Source: Eledone cirrhosa (Eukaryota). From it: a stretch of DNA of 64,000 nucleotides. Below the pieces are notes generated by a model, which saw only the letters and a program-made list of their open reading frames with translations, was not told the DNA's origin and searched no databases. Numbering within the stretch: the first letter of the stretch is position 1; each line of letters starts with the position of its first letter. The translations under genes were made by a program, and so were the position numbers. The DNA lies in assembly GCA_964016885.1 (NCBI GenBank), contig OZ024745.1, positions 50,530,001 to 50,594,000 on the forward strand. The letters are read 5' to 3'. This document shows positions 45,591-63,600 of this stretch, in pieces.

Positions 45591-47600
45591 AAGATCAAAG
45601 GATGGTTAAAGGAGTTCCATATATTTTATTATGCGCATTTCAAAAACAAACATCATCAAGCAATAATATTTGTGTTTTCATCAGATAAAACAGGAGAACA
45701 TGATATGAAGGCTAAAAAACACTTGTGGATAGTGCAGTTTTAAATCAACATATGAAAAGTGGTTTTAGATTGATGTGTGATATTGGGAAAAATATTTTAT
45801 TTAGAGAGGGGGGGGGAAGGATGAAAAGGGAAGGAGATGAGAGGGAGAGATGGGTGATAGAGAGAAAGAGATAGTTTTTATAACTGAGAGGAGATATATT
45901 TATTACATAGAGAGGTTGAAAACCGTTGGAAGATACTGTATAAATTAAAAATTTTGAAAATTAACGAAGGGAGGATATGTGCGAGGAAAAAATATTTTAT
46001 TTAGGGAGGGGGGGGGAGATGAAAAAAAAGAGAGAAAAAAATAATAATTGTGGGTGAATATTCTAATGTCAAAAGAAGAAATGTATGTATTGTGGCAATT
46101 TCAAAATTAGCGAAGAGAAAAATTGTTGAGGTTTGTGTGTAGAAGGATTTGAGAAAAATAATGTGAAGTTAAAGTTTGTATATTGATAATATGTGCGAAT
46201 AAAGAGTTAATATGTATTAATAATGAGTTCGTTGATGGGGAGAAAAAAATAATAATAAATTAAGGAAAATGTATGTATTGTGGCAATTTCAAAATTAGCG
46301 AAGAGAAAAATTGTTGAGGTTTGTGTGTAGAAGGATTTGAGAAAAATAATGTGAAGTTAAAGTTTGTATATTGATAATATGTGCGAATAAAGAGTTAATA
46401 TGTATTAATAATGAGTTCGTTGATGGGGAGAAAAAAATAATAATAAATTAAGGATGAAATTGAGACTAAAAAGATTTATGATAGAGAGAAAAAAATAATA
46501 GTGATTGCGGATGAATATTGTAAAATCATAACAAATTTTATGATTTTATGAGAAGATAGAATGAGGGTAATGAGTAGCCGTCACAATGTTGTCCAACGTG
46601 ACCATTTAGGTCGCCTGCAATAATTATATAGTCACTGTCGGTTATTTGGGAGGTAGTGAGCATCAGTGTCTCATAGAATCTGTCTTTTATAGTGCTGGGC
46701 AGTCCGGATTGGGGTGCGTACGCAGATATTACTGTCACCGTAGTTCTATTGAGGACAAGTCTTATTTTAATTATTCTGTCATTCACTCTATTTACGTCTA
46801 TTATCTTATCTGCCCACTTTTCTGGTACCATGATTCCTACTCCACCCAGCCCATCGTCATTTCCCACCCAGAAAAGCTTATAGCATCGTTTTTTACCCTC
46901 AATGAATCTAGCAGACCCACCCCTCCACCTGGTCTCTTGAATACAACAAACATTGACCTCCTTACGTTCGAGCATTTCTACAACCTCGTTAGAGCGACCC
47001 TTTAAGGTGCCTACATTTATGGTACCAACTCTGAAGTTTTGGATTGCGTTTGGAGGGTGGGAGCGGTGGGGAGCGGGGGGAGAGGGGGTTATGTTAGCCA
47101 TCCGCGGCCGAAACAAAGAGGAGTGCTCGCATTCTCGTCCACGAGGTGAATTTGTCTTTATCTTTGGCATTGTCGCTGAGCGTCCAGATTTTTCTCTCTC
47201 TTCCACTCTCCAGGATTCCGTAGTCCATCCATCCATCATATATCAAAAGGCAACCAGGCAAGCGATAGTATAAGCCTCTGGCTTATGATTGGTCCACGTA
47301 ATAATAATGGTGGTGTGTGGGGGCTCTGGCTTATGATTGGTCCACGTAATAACAATGGTGGTGCGTGGGGGCGGGAGGGAGGGGTGTTGAGTAGATAGCT
47401 AGAAGGTAAGGATTGAATGAGGTCCTCGTATTTAACAAGCAATAACAAAAATACAAGATTTGTTCTGTTCAATACGACAAAAACCCTCGTATTTAACAAG
47501 TAATAACAAAAAATGCAGATTTGTTTTAGGAATACGACGACTACATTTAGGATTTGGCAAGATTGGAGGTTTGGACTGGGTACGAATGGAGTATATATAT
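45590..47600 (-). mobile_element. Composite unit copy 1: RTE 5'UTR and APE N-terminus joined to a hammerhead-bearing Penelope-like 3' segment
   Basis: 233-aa ORF 46538-47239 (VGTINVGTL, CCIQETRW, SAYAP, AGDLNGH) leaves RTE homology at ~46575; 45590-45790 matches the reverse complement of 11730-11930. Confidence 0.8.
45624..45690 (-). ncRNA. Minimal type I hammerhead ribozyme motif
   Basis: Minus strand: TTTTAT-CTGATGA-AAACACAAATATTATT...GATGATGTTTGTTTTT-GAAA-TGCGCA-TA-ATAAAA; palindromic stem III TGCGCA. Confidence 0.8.
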
Positions 47601-51790
<4,190 letters not shown>

Positions 51791-53790
51791 TAAGATCAAA
51801 GGATGGTTAAAGGAGTTCCATATATTTTATTATGCGCATTTCAAAAACAAACATCATCAAGCAATAATATTTGTGTTTTCATCAGATAAAACAGGAGAAC
51901 ATGATATGAAGGCTAAAAAACACTTGTGGATAGTGCAGTTTTAAATCAACATATGAAAAGTGGTTTTAGATTGATGTGTGATATTGGGAAAAATATTTTA
52001 TTTAGAGAGGGGGGGGGGAAGGATGAAAAGGGAAGGAGATGAGAGGGAGAGATGGGTGATAGAGAGAAAGAGATAGTTTTTATAACTGAGAGGAGATATA
52101 TTTTTTACATAGAGAGGTTGAAAACCGTTGGAAGATACTGTATAAATTAAAAATTTTGAAAATTAACGAAGGGAGGATATGTGCGAGGAAAAAATATTTT
52201 ATTTAGGGAGGGGGGGGGGATGAAAAAAAGAGGGAGGAGATGAGAGTGAAGGTGGAGAGGGAGAGATGGGTGATAGAGAGAAAGAGATAGTTTTTATAAC
52301 TGAGAAAAAGATATATTGTTTTAATATAGAGAGGTTGGGAACCGTTGGAAGATAATGTATAAATTAAAGGAATTTGAAAATTAACGAAGGGAAATTATGT
52401 ATGAAGATAGAGAGAAAAAAATAATAATTGTGGGTGAATATTCTAACGTCAAAAGAAGAAATGTATGTATTGTGGCAATTTCAAAATTAGCGAAGAGAAA
52501 AATTGTTGAGGTTTGTGTGTAGAAGGATTTGAGAAAAATAATGTGAAGTTAAAGTTTGTATATTGATAATATGTGCGAATAAAGAGTTAATATGTATTAA
52601 TAATGAGTTCGTTGATGGGGAGAAAAAAATAATAATAAATTAAGGATGAAATTGAGATTAAAAAGATTTATGATAGAGAGAAAAAAATAATAGTGATTGC
52701 GGATGAATATTGTAAAATCATAACAAATTTTATGATTTTATGAGAAGATAGAATGAGGGTAATGAGTAGCCGTCACAATGTTGTCCAACGTGACCATTTA
52801 GGTCGCCTGCAATAATTATATAGTCACTGTCGGTTATTTGGGAGGTAGTGAGCATCAGTGTCTCATAGAATCTGTCTTTTATAGTGCTGGGCAGTCCGGA
52901 TTGGGGTGCGTACGCAGATATTACTGTCACCGTAGTTCTATTGAGGACAAGTCTTATTTTAATTATTCTGTCGTTCACTCTATTTACGTCTATTATCTTA
53001 TCTGCCCACTTTTCTGGTACCATGATTCCTACTCCACCCAGCCCATCGTCATTTCCCACCCAGAAAAGCTTATAGCATCGTTTTTTACCCTCAATGAATC
53101 TAGCAGACCCACCCCTCCACCTGGTCTCTTGAATACAACAAACATTGACCTCCTTACGTTCGAGCATTTCTACAACCTCGTTAGAGCGACCCTTTAAGGT
53201 GCCTACATTTATGGTACCAACTCTGAAGTTTTGGATTGCGTTTGGAGGGTGGGAGCGGTGGGGAGCGGGGGGAGAGGGGGTTATGTTAGCCATCCGCGGC
53301 CGAAACAAAGAGGAGTGCTCGCATTCTCGTCCACGAGGTGAATTTGTCTTTATCTTTGGCATTGTCGCTGAGCGTCCAGATTTTTCTCTCTCTTCCACTC
53401 TCCAGGATTCCGTAGTCCATCCATCCATCATATATCAAAAGGCAACCAGGCAAGCGATAGTATAAGCCTCTGGCTTATGATTGGTCCACGTAATAATAAT
53501 GGTGGTGCGTGGGGGCTCTGGCTTATGATTGGTCCACGTAATAACAATGGTGGTGCGTGGGGGCGGGAGGGAGGGGTGTTGAGTAGATAGCTAGAAGGTA
53601 AGGATTGAATGAGGTCCTCGTATTTAACAAGCAATAACAAAAATACAAGATTTGTTCTGTTCAATACGACAAAAACCCTCGTATTTAACAAGTAATAACA
53701 AAAAATACAGATTTGTTTTAGGAATACGACGACTACATTTAGGATTTGGCAAGATTGGAGGTTTGGACTGGGTACGAATGGAGTATATAT
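51791..53790 (-). mobile_element. Composite unit copy 2 (RTE 5' end + Penelope-like 3' segment)
   Basis: Identical 233-aa ORF at 52730-53431, offset 6192 bp from copy 1. Confidence 0.8.
51825..51891 (-). ncRNA. Minimal type I hammerhead ribozyme motif
   Basis: Same sequence as 45624-45690. Confidence 0.8.
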
Positions 53791-53819
53791 ATATATATCT
53801 ATGTATATATATGTACATG

Positions 53820-53876
<57 letters not shown>

Positions 53877-53912
53877 GTATCTATATATATATATATGTAT
53901 ATATATATATGT

Positions 53913-53945
<33 letters not shown>

Positions 53946-53987
53946 TATATATATATGTATATGTATATATATATGTATATGTATATG

Positions 53988-54038
<51 letters not shown>

Positions 54039-54163
54039 ATATATATATGTATATATATATATATGTATATATATATATGTATATATATGTATATATATGT
54101 ATATATATGTATATATATATATGTATATATATGTATATATATATATGTATATGTATATATATG

Positions 54164-54194
<31 letters not shown>

Positions 54195-54259
54195 GTATGT
54201 ATATATATATATGTATATATATATATGTATGTATATATATATATGTATATATATATATG

Positions 54260-54290
<31 letters not shown>

Positions 54291-54417
54291 GTATATATAT
54301 ATATGTATATATATATATATGTATATATATATATGTATATATATATATGTATATATATATGTATATATATATATATGTATATATATATGTATATATATAT
54401 ATATGTATATATATATG

Positions 54418-54455
<38 letters not shown>

Positions 54456-54499
54456 TATGTATACATATATGTATATATATATATATGTATATATATATG

Positions 54500-54546
<47 letters not shown>

Positions 54547-54559
54547 GTATATATATATG

Positions 54560-54624
<65 letters not shown>

Positions 54625-54651
54625 GTATATATATATATGTATATATATATG

Positions 54652-54714
<63 letters not shown>

Positions 54715-54819
54715 GTATATATATATGTATATATATATGTATATATATATGTATATATATATGTATATATATATATATGTATATATATATGTATATATAT
54801 ATATATGTATATATATATG

Positions 54820-54850
<31 letters not shown>

Positions 54851-54895
54851 GTATATATATATGTATATGTATATATATATATGTATATATATATG

Positions 54896-54926
<31 letters not shown>

Positions 54927-54956
54927 GTATATATATATGTATATATATATATGTAT

Positions 54957-55002
<46 letters not shown>
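53791..55002. repeat. (TA)n/TATG microsatellite array
   Basis: Visible directly in the sequence. Confidence 0.97.
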
Positions 55003-55372
55003 GGAGGCACATGGCTTAGTGGTTAGAGCATTGGCCTTGCAATCGAAAGGTTGCGAGTTCAATCCTCAGACCGGGTGATGTGTTGTTCCCTTGAGCAAGA
55101 CACTTTATTTCACATTGCTCCAGTTTACTCAGCTGTAGAAATGAGATGATAGGACTGGAGTCCCTATCATTCCACTGCAAAGTGGTCGTGGAGGCGCCAC
55201 GGAAAAAAAGCACCCAGCAGTCACTGTAAATGAGGTTGGTGTTAGGAAGTGCATCCAGTTGTAGAAATCAAGCCAGAATCAAGGTCAGCCGACCGGACAC
55301 TGCCTACAACAAGACAACCCGTCTAACCCATGCTAGCGTGGAAGAACGGACGTAAAACGGTGATGATGATGA

Positions 55373-55377
<5 letters not shown>
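55003..55377 (+). mobile_element. Full-length tRNA-SINE with RTE-derived tail
   Basis: GGAGGCACATGGCTTAGTGGTTAGAGC...GAGTTCAATCC, CORE-like block, RTE 3'UTR-like tail, (GAT)n; inserted in (TA)n. Confidence 0.9.
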
Positions 55378-55407
<30 letters not shown>

Positions 55408-55768
55408 GAGGGAGAGAGAGCGAGAGAAATAGATTGTTGTTGTTATGACCTCCTTTGAGGTTGTAACTCTTAAGAGGTTTCTCTAATGTTTTAATAATAG
55501 AGGCGTCAATCCTATCATGTTGTTACAGTTCAGTCTGATATAGGTTTAGTTTACTTCCTAATTGGTAGCATCTCATAGGTTTCTTGGATGTTTTAATAAT
55601 ATGGACTCCAGTGCTATCATGTTGTTGTCACAGCAAATATTGTGTGTGTTTCAATGCTCTGCAGCAGAACCAGCCAAATACTGTGCTGTTGTTGTCATAC
55701 TAGCCGAGTGCTGTGTTTCTATTTCAACCCTCTATCTCCAAAATTCTGTTGCTGATTTCTTCCCCTAG

Positions 55769-55917
55769 GTCCTTCTGACCGTGTCCAGTGCTTTAACTGT
55801 GGATTAAAGCTTGACCAATGGGAAGCCACTGACAACCCCTGGGACGAACATAAGAAATACAAGTGGAATCAGTGTTCATTTGTAATGGAGAGGTACAATT
55901 GCTACCTGTCTCGGCGT
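55769..55917 (+). CDS. IAP exon 2: second half of BIR2 (absent from the ORF track)
   Basis: Acceptor TTTCTTCCCCTAG|GT completes the Gly codon from exon 1; PSDRVQCFNCGLKLDQWEATDNPWDEHKKYKWNQCSFV...; phase-0 donor GTGAGT at 55918. Confidence 0.93.
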
Positions 55918-56399
55918 GTGAGTTTTTATTATTTTTGTATCATTTTGCTTTACTGCAGCTTGTAGATGCAGCATGTCCAAATGGTTAAGAAGTTTGCTTC
56001 ACCATCATTATTTCACTGCATGGCATCTTGGACATGTTTCATTTACCATAGCTTTTGTTTCACCATGATTTATGAGTGAAATTGGGTAGAGGGAAACTGT
56101 TTGGAAGCCTGCCGGATGAAATGTACCTGTAATTCAAAGGGCTAGCTTTATCACACATTGTGTTATGCTGAATCTTCTGGAGAATTACATTAAGGTAATG
56201 CTCAACCACAGTGGATAAGCACTACCATTTTACAGTATATACTGGGTGCATTTTATACTGGCATCAACACTACCTCTTTACAAAGTAGATTGAGTATATT
56301 TTATCAATGCACAAGCACTACCAATTTACAGAGTGTACTGCATGCATTTTATTGTGGCACCAACACTATCATTTGCTGCGCATACTGGGTACATAATTA

Positions 56400-56567
56400 C
56401 CGTATTTCCCGGCGCCGAAGACGCTTTGTCCTCGAGGACGCACTCTAATTTTGATAAGCAAAAATTTGGAAAAAAATAATAAACAACCTTCGGCCTCCAG
56501 GACGCATGGTAGATTTTTGAGACTTATTTTAGGAAAAAAGTAGCATCTTCGATGCCGGGAAATATGG
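56400..56567. mobile_element. pogo/Tigger-type MITE in IAP intron 2
   Basis: TA-CCGTATTTCCCGGCGCCGAAGACGC ... GCATCTTCGATGCCGGGAAATATGG-TA. Confidence 0.8.
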
Positions 56568-57075
56568 TAGTAATGTACATAATTAATAATGTAATACCAA
56601 AACTGGTTTAAGAGGACTTGTCAGTTGTATCAAGGTCATGGCAACTGCTTTAGTGTTGGTGATATGATAAATGTGCTCAGTATCATCTATAAAGTGGTTG
56701 GTGATAGAAAAGGCATCCAACTGTAAAAAATCGGCTAAACAAACAGTTGGGAGGAGATTCTTCAGTTATGTGAAAGTGATGACAACCTCCCTATTGCTGG
56801 TGTCATAATAAAATGTATCCAGTGTGCCCACCTGAGAGGTCAGTAGCTTCAATTAAGTGCTGACTTTGTCAGTGAAAGCTGTCTAACCCTTGCTGGCTGA
56901 GAAAATGGATGTTAAATAATGATGACAATGATGAATTAATAATCTGTGTAAATAGATGGAAATATCTCCTTATTAAAAGGGAGAGGCTGAAGAAATTTTG
57001 TGAAAATAACATGTTAGTTGTTTATCTAATCTATTAATAAATCTAACATCTAATTATATTTGGGTATTTCCACAG

Positions 57076-57526
57076 ATGTTCACAGGATGTACTATTTTGC
57101 ATCAGGATGCTTTAAGTAGACGCTTGCCAGATGATTCTTTCAACCTTTTCCAACAAAAGTCATTGGCACATTTTTCTGAATCTAAATCTAAAGAAGTTTC
57201 AAAACCATATTCTTCCTCTCTTGAAGAATCTCAGTCAACCTCATCCTCTAATCTACATGATCACCATCCTCTTCCTCCTTCTCCTCCTTCTCACACGTAC
57301 TCTTCATCATTGCCACATATGCCCTATATGGAACCTACAACTTCAAGAACACATGAGAACATTTCTTTACCAAGAGAGCAGTTTGAGGTCTTAGCATGCG
57401 CTCCGGTGGCTGCTCAATTGGGTGTTGTGCAAGATCATCACATTAACAATGCTGAATCATTGATGCCTTCTGTACTGTGCAGTAAGAAAGAAAGTGAAAC
57501 CTCTCTCAGCATACAGACTGCAATTG
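57076..57526 (+). CDS. IAP exon 3: Ser/Pro-rich linker
   Basis: Acceptor TTTCCACAG|ATG (phase 0), open frame, donor G|GTAAGC at 57527 (phase 1); both phases match the neighbouring exons. Confidence 0.82.
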
Positions 57527-58738
57527 GTAAGCTGGTAGTTATTATCATCATTATTATTGTCATCACCATCACTAGCACCAATACCATCATCATAACCACT
57601 GTCATCATCATTACCACCATCATCATCATCATTGTTTTACATCTAATTTCCATGCTTGCATGGGTTACACAGATTGTACATTCTGAAATTTGATAGCTCA
57701 GGTGAGCACGTCTTGTACATACGTTCCATTTTGGCATGGCTTCTATTGTTGGAATCTCTTCTTAACACCAACCACTTTACAGCATGTACTGGGTGTATTT
57801 TATTGTTTCACCAGCACTATCACTTTACAGAATAGACTGGGTGCATTTTATTGTGTCACTAGCACAACCACATTACAGAGTGTATGGGTGCATTATGTCA
57901 TCGTTCCACACTACCATTTTACAGTGTGTTAGGTGCAGTTTATTGTTGCGGCATCAATACTACTGGCTACAATTTCTCTTATTGATGATATTTTACTTGC
58001 TTGAGGTAAGCTTTTAGTTAAAGTCTGTCCCAAGCCTTGAGACTCATGAAGCTAGAGCTTATCCTGGTTTCCTAGGGAACCAAGTTTCATTGTTATTTAT
58101 AGCTACCTAATTTATTCCATTAATACCACTTGGGAATTAGTGAAGGTTCATGGCCTAGTGGTTGGGGTGTTGGTCTCATGATCACAAGGTGATTAGTTTA
58201 ATTCTTGGACCTGGTGATACATTGTGTCATTGAGCAAGTTAGGTTATTTCACACAGCTCCAGTCCACTGAGCTAGAAAGAGTGACTTTCAACAACACTGG
58301 TGCCAATCTATATCAGCCTTTACCTTGGACAACATGATATATAGTGTATATATGATCATATATACTTTCATATACAAGTTGTGGCAACACTAGTGCCAAG
58401 CCGTATTGACCTTGAACACCAACATATACAGTATATAGTGTTTGTATGAATTGCGATGACACTGGTACCAAGCTCTTTGGCCTTTACTTTTCCCTTGCAC
58501 AACATCAGTATTGTAAAATGGGGAGAATTGCATGCATGGGTGACTTCTGGCCTTCCATAAAACACCCTGTTTTGGGCTTGTCCCCCAGAGAAGCAAATTC
58601 ATGGTCTATCAATCATATATGCAGAACCCATGACCATAAATGACTCACCATAAATCATTTTAATATATCTGATTCCTTGTTCAGAATCAACCTTGTACAT
58701 CAAGAATACATTTTATTTCATTGTTTTTTCTTCCACAG

Positions 58739-58935
58739 AAATTGAAGATCTTCGTCAAAAGTTGGCAAAACTGGAAAATGAAGTATACTGTAAGATCTGT
58801 TTTGAAAATGAAATTGAGATTGTATTTAAACCCTGCAAACACATGGTGTGTTGCATAAAGTGCAGCAGGTCACAAGTACACTGTCCTATCTGTCGAGCTA
58901 AAATAGAAGAGAAAGAGAGAATATATAGGTCATGA
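58739..58935 (+). CDS. IAP exon 4: C-terminal C3HC4 RING
   Basis: Acceptor TTTTTTCTTCCACAG|AA; EIEDLRQKLAKLENEVYCKICFENEIEIVFKPCKHMVCCIKC...CPICRAKIEEKERIYRS*. Joined CDS is 1206 nt (401 aa). Confidence 0.93.
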
Positions 58936-59809
58936 GAAGATGCAGTTTGAAGGGACCCAGAGCAGATATATCAGTTGTGAGATGAGATAGAACTGAACCA
59001 AAGTAATGCCACAGCTCATGTCTATATTTAATTTATTTCCTGATGTTTCTCTCGTGAAACGTTTACCGTTTTCTAGATAAACATTTCTTCTTCATGCTGG
59101 ATGACCCCATTTAAAAAAAAACTACAAACAACATCCCTAGTCTGTTAATAGCAGTGTCTATTATATATCAATCAATATAATATTTAAAATAACATGTCAT
59201 TGTATTATTGTTTTGTTGGTTTCAGTCTTAGACTGGGAATAGAGCTGGTACTCTGCTATTTGGTAAGCTGACAAACTTAGCTTTTATTACTTGCTCAGAC
59301 CATAGTAAGAAAATTACTAAGCCTGCATTTTCCACTACACAGTCTACACTCACCCTTGCCAATCATCTTACAAATCATAACATCACTTTGAATATTTTCA
59401 TTATGTTGCTGCACAGCAAAGATGTTTAGAATGTGTTTATTGATTGCAGGAAATTATTATATATTATATAATAATTATATATTATATATAAGTTTAGTAA
59501 TGCATCTCTTTAAGGTCTGCACCTTAGGTAGCTTCCTAGTTGGCCTTAATGATAACATTGGCTCTGGTTTGAGGGAGAAACCATAATGGATTTCATCAGG
59601 CATATCAATTCCAGTAATTATTTCATCACCAACATTGTCATTACTGTATTATGTTCGCTTTCCATGCTGGCATGGGTTGGACAGGTTTTCATGGTCCATG
59701 TCAGTTGTTAGTCAGGTTGTTTTAGTTATGTCACTCCTTAACCAGAGCTGATGCTGGACGTACTTTCTTTAAAATGTTTAATTTTAGTTCAAACAGGTTT
59801 GTCACTCCC

Positions 59810-60240
59810 ATCATCATTAACAATGCCTTTAATATCTTTAACTCAGTGAAGCTACCATCAACACCCTCACCATCACTACCAGCAACACCACCACCATCAC
59901 TACCAGCAACACAACCACCACCGCCACCATCAACAATACCTACACCACCATCATCAACATCATTACCAATACTACCATCAACACCAACACCACCACCATC
60001 ATCACCACCATCATCACCACCACCATCATCATTGCTGCTGCCATTATCAACAGCAACAGCATGACCAACAACAACATTACCACTACCACTACCACCACAA
60101 CTAACAGCAACACTACCACTACCATCATCAACAGCAACACTATCACAACCACCACAACCACCAACAACAACAACATTATCACTACCATCATCAACACCAA
60201 CAACGGCAACTACCACTACCATCATCAATACCAACAACAC
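59810..60240. repeat. Degenerate (CAC/CAT/CAA)n trinucleotide low-complexity tract
   Basis: Visible directly; a similar tract lies at 27290-27440. Confidence 0.85.
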
Positions 60241-62179
60241 TAGAGAAATAATGTAATCCTTGATTAATAAATGAGGGGATGTCGTGGCTGGAAAGCCTTT
60301 GATCATAGGTCCAGGTCTTGATCAGAGCTGACCTGGGGCTAAACAACAAGTAACATAAGCCTGTACCGGTAATGCTACATTTTTTAAAATAATAGAATAG
60401 TTTATTGTTGTTATTGTTTAGCCCTTAGGTCAGCCTTGATTAAGCAGACCTATGATGAAAGGTTTTCCAGCTGTGACCATCCCATTTTTCTCTAGCCGCG
60501 GTGCACTCAGGACTACATTGTCTGATCTATCCCTATTTTTAATGATGATAGAGTGTGATTTAAGGAAAATTTAGCTGCTGTTTCTCAGTGGTTGTCCAAA
60601 TATGTTGTGGCTCCCTCATTGTCTCATATTAAATGCTGTTGTTTTGTTTTGTTTTGTTTTATTACTGTTTTTTTTTTTTTTTTATTTATTTATTTTTACT
60701 AATTGAATTTTTCAAATAGTTTTTGACCCAAGAAATTTCCTATGACATACAATCTCACAGGAGACCAGTTAACCATACATAAGTATGAGCTGTGAATTTA
60801 ATTGGTTTTCTTTTCAACTATAGTATATAACTATAATAATTATGTTCTGCTAATAAAGTGAAATTGTTGGTATAAGTTACTCTTCTGGAGATGACCTGAT
60901 GATAAAGCGAGAAATACAGATGGTGATGTTGTCAATAGGGCAAAATTAAGAATTTTATTATGGGGCCCACAAGGTTAATCTCTGTTTAATCCAGGAAAAT
61001 GGCCTTAAATGCTTGTTGTTATTGTTGATGTCTTAAATGTGGGGAAACCAAGAAATATATGGCAAAAGAAGATGGGGTTATTGTATGTAGATGAACAGGA
61101 TATGGCAAAGAAAGTGAAGAAGCCTGTCATGAAGCCACCACAAAGCTAATCCCTTCTTCAGCAGGGAAGCCTTAAATGCTTGTTTGCCTGTACTTTTCTA
61201 AGAGAATCTTAATGCTTAAATAATGCCATTTCACTCTTGCTGTATTTGTTCTGTCTCTCTCAGTTCAAATCTTGTCAAGATCAACTTTACCTTTCATCCG
61301 TTTAAGGTTGATAAATAAAGTACCAGTCCAGGGGCAGTGGATTGGCAGAATTGTTAAAGCATCATTGTGGTGTGTTCTGAGTTTAAATATTGCCCCTTAT
61401 CATTGTGAAAATGGTGACTTGATAAAACTGGAGATCCCTGCCATTAAAACATCAAAGTGACCTCCTATGAGATGCAACTTCATAGCTAAATCTATGTAAG
61501 CACCATTGACAAAAATTTGATGTCACTGCCATCTTTTTCTTTAGAAAATAAAACTTACACTGTGCTTACATGTATTGAGTGCTCATTCAGTTAATGTTGG
61601 CCCTTCTATGTTCATGTACATGTAAACCAACTGCTTCATTATGTATGTATATTTTAAAAAAATATTTGTTACTGTTTTGTTTTTTACCTGAAATAAGGGC
61701 AGTTTTTGGTTATTTTTTATTTTATTTTTGCTTTGTTAATTCTGTTTTTTGTAGTTAAATAAAAAAAAATTTAAAAAATTGCATGAGATTGTTTTGTCTT
61801 AAACAATGGGCAATTAATATTCTGGATATTTGAATTTATTGCAATAAACTCTGTAGAGGGTTGTTTCAAACTCTGGTGACAGCATATTGTGTAATAAACT
61901 ATGTAGAGTTTAGTTTCAAATCCTGGTGACTCCATATTTTGTAATAAACTCTATTGAGGCTTGTTTAACTCTGGTGATTCTCTTGTATTGTAATATATTT
62001 TGTAAGGGTTTGTTTCAAAGAATGGTGATTCCATGTCTTTTAATAAACCGGAGTTTAAATAAAATACTAATCTTCATAATATAGTTATTTACTAAACTGG
62101 GTTTAGTAGATAACAGTTGATATGCTATGTAAAGTTACTTTCCATGGGCATTACAGTATAAAGTCATTTTACATTCATT

Positions 62180-62305
62180 GTACAATGTATGGTCACATCT
62201 CATTGACTGTACAATGTTTGGTCACATCTCATTGACTGTACAATGTATGGTCACATCTCATTGACTGTACAATGTTTGGTCACATCTCATTGACTATACA
62301 ATGTG
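62180..62305. repeat. 29-bp minisatellite, about 4 copies
   Basis: TACAATGTWTGGTCACATCTCATTGACTG in tandem, with no spacers. Confidence 0.9.
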
Positions 62306-62819
62306 TAGTCACTTCTCAATTTGAAGTATTACTGATGATGTTTGGTAAATACTTTTATTGTAGCAATCTTGGATCTCATCTCAGCAGATGTTTCACATCA
62401 CTGTTTGTATTTCTGGTACAGTCTTCAGTCCAACGTCATTTTGAAGTATGTCAATAAAGTTAGGTGGATAAACTGTGGAAGATAAACCACTAAGTATTGG
62501 CTGCCATTAGACCAGATTTGGAGCTAATCACAATTTTCACAGCAATTTTTTCAGTTAATTTTGATATACATTTCTGTATTGGTTTTGTGGCTTTTCCCAG
62601 TGAAGAGCCATCAGTAATATGCAAAAAATACATTGTCTAGCTGATTTTCAAGCTTCTGTATGAGTGTCCTTGTCTCATAGTGATGAGATAAGATAGATTC
62701 AACTGTTGCAATCCTTAATGAACCCAGCCATAACCAGGTCTGGTTTTATGAAACAAAATCACCCATTTTAATGGTTTCCTATTTAAATTATAATCTTCCA
62801 ACGACTGACAGGTGTAGGA

Positions 62820-63600
62820 TCAGTCAGCTGGAATTTGCAGACAACATGGTATTATTTAACTCAACAGAAGGTGATCTCTGACATGCACTTGATAGGTTTG
62901 ATGCCAGGTGCTGCTTGGCTGGAATCAGTGCTGTAGAAACTGAGACATTCGTCCTCTCAAGGAAGCTTGCGCAGCACTCACTACATGTGAATAGAATTCC
63001 ACTGCAGCAGGTGGAGAAGTTCAAGTATCTCAGAGCTGTGTTCATGCGTAATGGAAGGCAGGAGGCTGAATTAAGTGAAAGAATTGTAGGAGCTGGTGCA
63101 GTAATGTGCCAGCTTCAGCATTTGTTAATCAGAAGTAGGGAGGTAGGCGTAAAAACCAAACTTGCTATCTTCAATTTGGTATCGGCCAACCCTTACCTAT
63201 GGTCATGAATCTTGGGTGAAGACCAAAAGAATACGATCGTGAATTTAAGCGGCTGAAAGGGTCTGTGGAGTAACATTACTTGAAAGAATGTGTTGCTCAG
63301 AGATCAGAGAGTTGCATCAGGTAGAGCCACTACTTTCTGAGAGCTCACAGCTCCGATACTATGGGCATATGGTAAAAATATTTCAGGAAAGAATTGCTTG
63401 ACAGATTTTATGGGCAAAACCAACTGGCAGGAGATCCAAGGGTAGACCTCAAACAAGATAGTTGGATTACACCCATGAGCTTGGCTGGTCTCGCTTGAGG
63501 GAACTAGCCAGATCAGTTGGAAATGGTTGCTTCTGACAACTCGATGGAAGGAGTGTTTGATGACTCTGCCCCCCCCCCCCCCCCCCCCATCATCCTCGCA
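62820..63600 (+). mobile_element. Degenerate RTE-like LINE RT 3' portion
   Basis: LEFADNM, LQQVEKFKYL, LTYGHESW, LRYYGH and RPQTR-like motifs with frameshifts and stops. Confidence 0.75.

Noticed and set aside
57527-57693. Ile/Thr-rich transmembrane-like end of the 205-aa ORF
   Set aside because: Intronic (ATC)n repeat after the GTAAGC donor.
59731-60306. Gly/Asp/Val-rich and Pro/Ser/Thr-rich ORFs
   Set aside because: Low-complexity trinucleotide tract downstream of the IAP stop codon.
62180-62305. 29-bp repeats resembling a CRISPR array
   Set aside because: Head-to-tail units with no unique spacers, no cas genes, eukaryotic context.
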